From assembly GCA_033763905.1 (NCBI GenBank), contig JANRJP010000128.1, positions 1 through 19,066 of the forward strand: a stretch of 19,066 nt of DNA, written 5' to 3'. Shown here piece by piece: positions 8,248 through 15,048 of this stretch; within the stretch, counting starts at the first letter, position 1; every line of letters begins with the position of its first letter. The translations under genes were made by a program, and so were the position numbers. The notes below the pieces were generated by a model. That model did no database searches. It had not been told where the DNA came from and worked only from the letters and a program-made list of their open reading frames with translations. The stretch is from Gemmatimonadaceae bacterium (lineage in GTDB: Bacteria; Gemmatimonadota; Gemmatimonadetes; Gemmatimonadales; Gemmatimonadaceae).

Positions 8248-9807
8248 CCCGAGACGCATCGCTTCGAGGTCGAGCTCCTGCTCGAGCTCGCGCAGCACCT
8301 CGTCGCTGATGGCGCCTTCGTTTCGAAGGCGCACGAGGACGCGACGCTCGGCGGCCTGCAGCGTCATTCGCAGGCGGCGACGGCCGGCCGCGCGGTCGCC
8401 ATCCTCGTCGTGTTGCCGGAGCCGCTCGCGCAGTTCCGCGCGAAGCGCATCGACGTCAGCCGGATGGCTCTCCGGCTCGCGCGCGGCGTGCTCCAGCGCC
8501 TCGGCGGCGCGCCGAATGGCTTCGCGCCGCGCGAAGCGCTGTTCCGCGTGGTGCGCCGTTTCGCGTGCGAACGCGAAACGCGTGATGATCGGCGCCAACG
8601 ACAGCCCCTGCACGATGAGCGTCACCACGATGACGCAGATGGTGACTACCAGAATCTCGTGCCGGTAGGGAAACGCGGAGCCGTCCGCCAGCGTGCGTGG
8701 CAGCGCGAGTGCCGCGGCCAACGACACGATGCCGCGCATACTGGTCCACGCCACGAGGAACATCGCCCGCTTGGAGGGCAACGGATCCTTGCGACGGATG
8801 TCGGCATCGAGCCAGCGCGGCAGATACGTCGCCAACGGCACCCACACCAGTCGGATCGCGATCGCCACGACCCCGATGATCAATCCGGCGATCACCACCT
8901 GCCCCGATCCCCCGGCAATGACGTCCCGCGCGACACCGGTGACCTGCAGGCCGAGCAGCACGAAGATCAGCGCGTTGAGCACGAAGACGAACAGCTCCCA
9001 TACCGCCAAGGCCTGCACGCGCGAGACGGGTGAGACGGCCGTCGAGATGTACTGCCGCAGGTACAGTCCCCCCGCGACGCAGGCCAGCACCGCCGAGACG
9101 TGCAGCGATTCGGCCGTCACCCACGCGAGGTAGGGTCCGGCCAACGTGAGCAGCGTCTCGGCCAGCGGATCCTTGGTGCGCCGCGCCGCCACGATGATGC
9201 ACCAGCCGATCGCGATGCCGATCAGTGCGCCAATCCCGGCGTCGATGAAAAACCGCACGACCGACTCGCCGACCGAAAAGAATCCCGTCACGGCGGCGGC
9301 AACGGCCGTCCGATAGAGCACCAGGGCCGACGCATCGTTGACGAGGCTTTCGCCTTCCAGAATCACCACCACGCGGCGCGGCACCGGGAGCCGCGAGACG
9401 ATGGCACTCGCGGCTACCGCGTCCGGCGGCGACACGATCGCGCCGAGCGCGACCGCCACCGCCCAGGGCATCTCGGGGAACAACGCACGCGCGACCACGG
9501 CGATGCCGGCGCTCGTGGCCAGCACGAGTCCGATCGCCAGCAGGCCGATCGGCCGCTGATTCGCGCGAAACTCGCGCAGCGACGTGAAGTACGCCGCGGC
9601 CCACAGGATGGGCGGCAGAAAGAAGAAGAACACCAGCTCCGGCTCGAGCTCCGGGACGCGCACGCCGGGAATCAGGCCGATGCCGATCCCGGCAAGCACC
9701 TGCAGCACGGGGGGCGGCACCGGGAGCTTCCGCCCGAAGGCGGTCAGCGCCACGATCAACGCCGCAAAGGCGACGCCGGTCAGAACCGGAGTGAACTCGG
9801 GATTCAT
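8233..9807 (-). CDS. CPA1 family Na+/H+ antiporter (YjcE/NhaP/NhaK-like)
   Basis: FLPPILW, ALGAIVSPPDAVA, ILEGESLVNDASALV, SMRGIVSLAAALALP, TLIVQGLSL and C-terminal ISDEVLRELEQELDLE. Start reassigned to ATG 9807 (MNPEF). Confidence 0.94.
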   Translation of the reverse strand: MNPEFTPVLTGVAFAALIVALTAFGRKLPVPPPVLQVLAGIGIGLIPGVRVPELEPELVFFFFLPPILWAAAYFTSLREFRANQRPIGLLAIGLVLATSAGIAVVARALFPEMPWAVAVALGAIVSPPDAVAASAIVSRLPVPRRVVVILEGESLVNDASALVLYRTAVAAAVTGFFSVGESVVRFFIDAGIGALIGIAIGWCIIVAARRTKDPLAETLLTLAGPYLAWVTAESLHVSAVLACVAGGLYLRQYISTAVSPVSRVQALAVWELFVFVLNALIFVLLGLQVTGVARDVIAGGSGQVVIAGLIIGVVAIAIRLVWVPLATYLPRWLDADIRRKDPLPSKRAMFLVAWTSMRGIVSLAAALALPRTLADGSAFPYRHEILVVTICVIVVTLIVQGLSLAPIITRFAFARETAHHAEQRFARREAIRRAAEALEHAAREPESHPADVDALRAELRERLRQHDEDGDRAAGRRRLRMTLQAAERRVLVRLRNEGAISDEVLRELEQELDLEAMRLGSAHR

Positions 9808-9896
9808 CTCGTGGAATGTGGGCGATGACACGCGCCGGCCCAAGGCGCCCGGGTCTGGCGCGAACGTTCCGACGACGCCATACGTTTTGTCCTTCG

Positions 9897-12149
9897 ATGT
9901 CGAGTCGTCTCTTCGGGTTCTTCCGGCGCTGGCCGGTCTGCGTCGCCGCGATGGCCTTGGGCGCACTGCCGGTCGGCGCGCAGGAAGCCGGCGACCCCAC
10001 CGGCAGCCTGCGCAGCGCCGGCTACATCAACCCGGAGTACGCCCCGCGACCGGTCGCCCGGGCCACCCGAGCGACGGGCAAGATCGTCGTCGATGGTCGT
10101 CTGGACGAGTCCGATTGGGCCTTGGCGCCGATCCTGAGCGACTTCGTGCAGCAGCTGCCGCAGACCGGGATGCCGGCGCTGTACCGCACCGAGGTGCGCA
10201 TTCTCTACGACGCGACCACGCTCTACATCGGCGCGATGAACTTCGATCCCGAGCCGCAGAAGACGATCATCGCCGGGCTCGAGCGCGACTTCAACACCGG
10301 TCAGAGCGACATTTTTGCGCTCGCCCTCGACACGTTTCACGATCGCCGCAACGCGTTCCTCTTCGCGGTCAATCCCGGCGGTGCCGTGCGCGACGAGCAG
10401 GTGTTCAACGACTCGCGCACGGTCGTCGATGCCTGGGAAGGGGTGATCTTCACTAAGACGCGCATCATCCCAGACAGCGGCTGGACGGTGGAGCTCGCGA
10501 TTCCGCTCAAGACCCTGCGATTCGACGCCAGCAAGTCGCCGCAGTCGTGGGGGCTCAACCTCATCCGCCGCGTGCGGCGCGTCAACGAAAGCAGCTACTG
10601 GGCCCCACTCGACCGGCAGTATCGCCTGCACCGGATGTCCCGGGCCGGCGAACTCGCAGGCCTGGAAGGCCTGCGCTCGGGACGCAACCTGCAGATCAAG
10701 CCCTTTGCCCTTGGCGGTCAGTCATTCGGGGCCGAGGTCCCTGCGCCGCAGCGCGGCAACTCGGGCGACTTCGGCGTCGACCTCAAGTGGGGGGTCACCC
10801 CCTCGCTCACCGCCGACCTCACCTACAACACCGACTTCTCGCAGGTCGAAGTCGATCAGGAGCCGGTCAACCTCACGCGCTTCTCGCTGTTCTTTCCCGA
10901 ACGACGGGAGTTCTTCATCGAGAATGCAGGGTCCTTCGCGTTCGGCGATGCGGAGGAACGCAACTACCGTCAGGGCGCGACGCCCCGCGATTTCCTGCTG
11001 TTCAACTCGCGCCAGATCGGGCTCAATCCGTCGGGGCGACCGATCCCCATCGTGGCCGGTGGCCGCTTGAGCGGACGCGCCGGGCTCTTCGAGTTGGGTC
11101 TGATCAATATGCAGACGCAAGGCACGGTCACCGGGCCGGCCGAGAACTTCGGGGTCGCGCGCGTGAAGGCGAATCTCTTCGGACAGAGCGACATCGGGCT
11201 GCTGATCGCCAACCGGCAGTCGACCGACGGCAGCGATCTCTGGAATCGCACCGTGGGCGCCGACGCCAACCTCCGGTTCGGAGAACTGATCGTGAACTCC
11301 TATGCCGCCCTTTCGCGCGGCTCGGACACGCTGAGCGACGGCTACGCCGCGCGCGTCTCGGCGGCCTTTCGCAATCGGTTCTGGAATACGTCCGCGATGG
11401 TCAAGCGCGTCAGTGACCAGTTCAATCCCGGCATTGGATTCGTGCGACGCCGCGGGATGACGCAGAGCTACGCGACGATCGGTGCGCACATGCGGCCCGC
11501 GCTGCCCGGTATTCAGGAAGTCGCCACGCATCTCGACGTCGACTACTACGCGGATCTGCAGGGCGGTCTCGATACGCGCACGATTACCGGCGGGCTCGAA
11601 CTCCAGTTCCGCCCCGATGGCGTGATCTCGCTGACGGCGAACGACTGGTTTGATCGCCTCGAACTGCCCTTCGCGGTGGTGCCGAATCGCGTGTTTCCGA
11701 TCGGCGCGTATCGCTGGCAGGACGTGTCGTTGCTCTACAGCAGCCCGCAACTCAAGCCGGTATTCGGCACGCTGGGCGTCGGATCCGGCGGCTTCTACGA
11801 CGGTCGTCGACGGACCGCGAACGGCAGTCTGACCTGGCGGGTCCGCCCGGACCTCGCGCTGGAAGCCAGTGCGCAGACGAACGCCATCACCTCACCGACC
11901 GCCGGCGACTTCGTCGCCAATCTGGCCGGCCTCCGCGTCCGATACGCGTGGAGCACCCGACTCTTCGGCGGCGCGTTCGTGCAGTACAACACGCAGACCC
12001 GCGCGTTCTCGACAAACGCCCGCATCAACTGGCGCTGGGCGCCGCTGTCCGATGTCTTCGTCGTCTACACCGAACGGCAGAACATCGAGACCGGACTCCG
12101 CACCGAGCGCAGCGTGGCGCTCAAGGTCACGCGGATGATGCAGTTCTGA
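9897..12149 (+). CDS. CBM9-like/DUF5916 domain protein, probable outer-membrane beta-barrel
   Basis: Signal peptide ends VGA|QE. IVVDGRLDESDW and GWTVELAIPLKTLRF are CBM9-like. DLTYNTDFSQVEVD..VNLTRFSLFFPERREFFIE is the DUF5916 core. Alternating beta-strand C-terminus ends in Phe. Start reassigned to ATG 9897. Confidence 0.85.
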   Translation: MSSRLFGFFRRWPVCVAAMALGALPVGAQEAGDPTGSLRSAGYINPEYAPRPVARATRATGKIVVDGRLDESDWALAPILSDFVQQLPQTGMPALYRTEVRILYDATTLYIGAMNFDPEPQKTIIAGLERDFNTGQSDIFALALDTFHDRRNAFLFAVNPGGAVRDEQVFNDSRTVVDAWEGVIFTKTRIIPDSGWTVELAIPLKTLRFDASKSPQSWGLNLIRRVRRVNESSYWAPLDRQYRLHRMSRAGELAGLEGLRSGRNLQIKPFALGGQSFGAEVPAPQRGNSGDFGVDLKWGVTPSLTADLTYNTDFSQVEVDQEPVNLTRFSLFFPERREFFIENAGSFAFGDAEERNYRQGATPRDFLLFNSRQIGLNPSGRPIPIVAGGRLSGRAGLFELGLINMQTQGTVTGPAENFGVARVKANLFGQSDIGLLIANRQSTDGSDLWNRTVGADANLRFGELIVNSYAALSRGSDTLSDGYAARVSAAFRNRFWNTSAMVKRVSDQFNPGIGFVRRRGMTQSYATIGAHMRPALPGIQEVATHLDVDYYADLQGGLDTRTITGGLELQFRPDGVISLTANDWFDRLELPFAVVPNRVFPIGAYRWQDVSLLYSSPQLKPVFGTLGVGSGGFYDGRRRTANGSLTWRVRPDLALEASAQTNAITSPTAGDFVANLAGLRVRYAWSTRLFGGAFVQYNTQTRAFSTNARINWRWAPLSDVFVVYTERQNIETGLRTERSVALKVTRMMQF

Positions 12150-12152
12150 GCG

Positions 12153-13004
12153 TCAGTCGCCCGTCGGTGCACCACCGACGGGCGCCGGCGGCTTGACGAT
12201 GCGACGAAACGGCATCGTCAGTAGCGCGCCGATCGTCGCGTGCTGGGCCGGCGCCATATGGGTGTCGACGCCATACACGAGCGCGGTCCGCTCGAGACGG
12301 GAGAAGGTGCCGAACAGCCGGTCCCACACCGAGAACACATTGCCGTAGTTGGAATCCGTCCACGGCATCACGTAGTGGTGATGCACCTTGTGCATATCGG
12401 GCGAGACGATCACCCAGCTCAGCGCACGATCGAGCGCCGGCGGCAGTGCGATGTTCGCGTGATTGAACTGACTCAGGACCACGCTCACCGACTGGTACAG
12501 GAAGACCAGCCACATCGGCGCGCCCGACACGAAGACCGCCAGCGTTGTGAACACGAAGCGGACGACGCTCTCGCCCGGGTGATGCCGGTTCGCGGTGGTG
12601 GTATCGACCTGCTGGTCGGAGTGATGGATCAGATGCAGCCGCCAGAGCAGCGGCGTCTTGTGCTCGACGAAATGCGGCAGCCACGCGCCCACGAGATCGA
12701 GCAGCAGCAAAGCGATCACCGCCTGCCCCCACAGCGGCAGCGGGGGCAGCAGGAACAGCGCGCCGACACGGTGCGCCGCGACCCAGTCTGCGGCGAACAG
12801 CAGAATGAACGCCAGCGCGAAGTTCACGACGATCGTCGTCCCGGTGAAGAAAAAGTTCACCAGCGCGTGCGACCACTTGGCGTAGCGGAACCGCACCAGC
12901 GGCTCGGCGCTCTCCCACAGCCAGAACAGAGCGATCCCGCCGGCGAGAATGCCGGCACGGTGCGACGACGGGATCTGCGCGAAGTACTGAGCAATGGTCT
13001 CCAC
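12153..13004 (-). CDS. Sterol desaturase / fatty acid hydroxylase superfamily protein
   Basis: Di-iron His boxes HFVEH, HLIHH, FNHAN, HKVHH, plus SNYGNVFSVWDRLFGT. GGAGG SD precedes the GTG start. Confidence 0.93.
   Translation of the reverse strand: METIAQYFAQIPSSHRAGILAGGIALFWLWESAEPLVRFRYAKWSHALVNFFFTGTTIVVNFALAFILLFAADWVAAHRVGALFLLPPLPLWGQAVIALLLLDLVGAWLPHFVEHKTPLLWRLHLIHHSDQQVDTTTANRHHPGESVVRFVFTTLAVFVSGAPMWLVFLYQSVSVVLSQFNHANIALPPALDRALSWVIVSPDMHKVHHHYVMPWTDSNYGNVFSVWDRLFGTFSRLERTALVYGVDTHMAPAQHATIGALLTMPFRRIVKPPAPVGGAPTGD
12158..12184. terminator. Perfect 12-bp GC-rich hairpin at a convergent junction (candidate U-less terminator or 3' stabiliser)
   Basis: CGCCCGTCGGTG-CAC-CACCGACGGGCG, starting 8 nt after the DUF5916 stop. 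No U-tract on either strand. Confidence 0.45.
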
Positions 13005-13009
13005 GGTCG

Positions 13010-14452
13010 TTACCCTCCAGCAGGCAATACGCGAATCGTCTGGATCACATCCCCTTCCAGAATATCATCCACCACGTCGATTCCCTCGATCACTTCGGCG
13101 AAGATCGAATAGTCGCGATCCAATCGCCGATTGTCGCGCAGATTCACGAACCACTGGAAATCGCCGGTGTCGTGCCCGCGCGTGCTCATCCCGACGGTGC
13201 CACGCAGATGCGGCACCACGCCCAGCTCGTCGCGGAGAAACGTGGCGCTGCCGACATACTCGTTGGCGCCGGGACTGCCGCCCTGAATCACGAAGTCGTG
13301 CTCGACGCGGTGCCAGGTGGTGCCATCATATCCACCCGCACGGACCCGCTCGAGCACCCGCGCCGCCATCATCGGCGCATTGTCGCCACGCAGACGTACG
13401 ACAAAGCTCCCGCCGCCGGTGGCCGCCGAGCGCACGACCCGAAGCCGGATCTCGGCACCGAGGGCCAGCGCCACGGCATCCGGTGGCAACACCGACACCG
13501 GGGCCGGCGGGACGTCGTCGGTGACCGGCCGTCCGGCGGCTTTGAGGAGTGCCACGCGGGCGTCGACTTCCGACGCGTTGGCGCGCTCCACGAGTCGCTG
13601 ATGTGTCGCCGAGGCTGCGGCGCGCGCCGTCGCGTCGGGCGTACCAACCAAGGCGTTCGCGGCCGCGCGAATCACTTGCGCGCCGCCCCGCGTCAAGCCG
13701 AGCACGTACAGCGCGTCATCGGTGTGGCCCGTCAGCGCGGACAGCGCCTCGATCGCGACTTCGGCGACGTTGTCGTTGGCATCGCGCGCTAGTCGGCGCA
13801 GTCGAGCGGTATCGCGCAGCACCGCCGCCGCCTTCACGGCGTGATAGCGTCGCTGCCACGTCCGATGCCGGACCGCAGCGGGCAAACGCGCCTCGGCCGC
13901 TGCCGGCTGCACTCGCGCGAGCGCCACCAGCGCGTACGCCGCGTCGTGCCACGCCATTGACAGCGAACGGCCCGCCGCGATGCGGGCCGGCAGGTCCACC
14001 GCCTGAGCGAGTTGCTGCGCCAAGGTGCTGTCCGCCGCACAACTGGCCGACACCAGCGTCATCGCGCGCAGTCGCACTGGCGTGCTGGCGTCGGACATCG
14101 CCTCGCGCAGGTCGGCGCAGCTACTGCGCGACGACAACGCGCGATACCGCACGCGCCACGCCGGCTCGGCGTACTGCGGGGGCGCCGGCAAGGGCGGGAG
14201 CGAGGCGCGCGCGGGGAACTGCGCGTCCGCAATGCGCCCGCGCGCACGGTCAGCCAAGCCACGAATCAGCGGCGACGGATGACGGGCCGCCTCGTCCAAC
14301 GCCGGGTCGTTTGCCGCACGACGATCCTCAGCGAGCAACAGCCGCCCGATCAGCGCCGAATCGGCCGCGCTGACGACGGTTGGTCCCTGCGCCGCGACCG
14401 GCGCGTGCCACAGCAACGTCGCGGCGACGACGGCCGCGCCAAGGCGGTTCAC
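13010..14452 (-). CDS. Exported HEAT-repeat / cyclophilin-type peptidyl-prolyl isomerase fusion
   Basis: Signal ends VAA|Q. HEAT-like segments (DASTPVRLRA, DANDNVAEVAIEAL). C-terminal YDGTTWHRVEHDFVIQGG, HLRGTVGM, DTGDFQWFVN, LDRDYSIFAEVIEGIDVV. Start reassigned to GTG 14452, which overlaps the upstream stop (GTGA). Confidence 0.88.
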   Translation of the reverse strand: MNRLGAAVVAATLLWHAPVAAQGPTVVSAADSALIGRLLLAEDRRAANDPALDEAARHPSPLIRGLADRARGRIADAQFPARASLPPLPAPPQYAEPAWRVRYRALSSRSSCADLREAMSDASTPVRLRAMTLVSASCAADSTLAQQLAQAVDLPARIAAGRSLSMAWHDAAYALVALARVQPAAAEARLPAAVRHRTWQRRYHAVKAAAVLRDTARLRRLARDANDNVAEVAIEALSALTGHTDDALYVLGLTRGGAQVIRAAANALVGTPDATARAAASATHQRLVERANASEVDARVALLKAAGRPVTDDVPPAPVSVLPPDAVALALGAEIRLRVVRSAATGGGSFVVRLRGDNAPMMAARVLERVRAGGYDGTTWHRVEHDFVIQGGSPGANEYVGSATFLRDELGVVPHLRGTVGMSTRGHDTGDFQWFVNLRDNRRLDRDYSIFAEVIEGIDVVDDILEGDVIQTIRVLPAGG

Positions 14453-14928
14453 CACGGACCGCCGCACCCCTGACGGCGAAAGGAGTCCGCCACCGTCAGG
14501 ATTTTCCAGCCTGCCGGCGTCTTCACCAGATGGAACGCGTCGTAGCCACAGTGGGTCACTGCCCCGTTTCGGCGCACCTGATACTCCGCCCACACGGTCG
14601 CGAGGGAGAGGTCGATCTGGATCTTGAGGTTGCGAATCGGCTCGTCGAGGCCCGGGCCCGTCCCGCCAGTCGTCGCCTGCACAAACGCGGCCCCACTCAG
14701 CTGCACGACCTGGACACTATCGCCGGCGCCTCCTGGTGCCGGCCTGAGCAACGTGAACCGGGCCGCCTCGTGGAGCTCGGCCTGCACGGCGGAGGCGTTC
14801 TTCGTGCGCAACGCGTCGAAGAAGCGCTGCAGGGTACCGGCGACGGCGGCCGAATCGGCCCCCTGGCTCCGGACGGTCGCGGGCGACAGCGCGGCGACGA
14901 GGGCAAGGGCGACGGTGACGAATTTCAT
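14449..14928 (-). CDS. Exported NTF2/SnoaL-like (lumazine-binding-like) protein
   Basis: MKFVTVALALVAA signal. LQRFFDALRTKN, IQIDLSLATVWAEY, THCGYDAFHLVKTPAGWKI. This is only the last 159 codons of the 427-aa track ORF. Confidence 0.85.
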   Translation of the reverse strand: MKFVTVALALVAALSPATVRSQGADSAAVAGTLQRFFDALRTKNASAVQAELHEAARFTLLRPAPGGAGDSVQVVQLSGAAFVQATTGGTGPGLDEPIRNLKIQIDLSLATVWAEYQVRRNGAVTHCGYDAFHLVKTPAGWKILTVADSFRRQGCGGPW

Positions 14929-15034
14929 GTCGGGATGCGGCAGAGGGTGTGCGGACGACTCGCCGGAGGGTACGCGCGGAGCCGCCGCTGGGCAAATCGC
15001 GCCCGCGTCGCTTTGCGCGCGACGTGCAGCACCG

Positions 15035-15040
15035 TAACTT
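15035..15040 (+). promoter_or_regulatory. Putative -10 element TAACTT upstream of the kinase
   Basis: TAACTT-TGTCCTCC-GTG, with no SD in front of GTG 15049. Confidence 0.4.
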
Positions 15041-15048
15041 TGTCCTCC

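Noticed and set aside
8271..8290. Inverted repeat CGAGCTC-N6-GAGCTCG near the Kir/CPA1 junction
   Set aside because: Explained by the conserved Glu-Leu codons of RELEQELD in the antiporter. There is no U-tract.
5342..10000. Long alternative ORFs 5342..7177, 7081..8049 and 8456..10000
   Set aside because: They overlap well-supported genes in other frames or on the other strand and have no recognisable domains.
14380..15048. 223-aa N-terminal extension of the kinase, and the 427-aa version of the NTF2 ORF
   Set aside because: Each extension is the antisense of the divergent partner gene. Recognisable sequence starts at GTG 15049 and ATG 14928.
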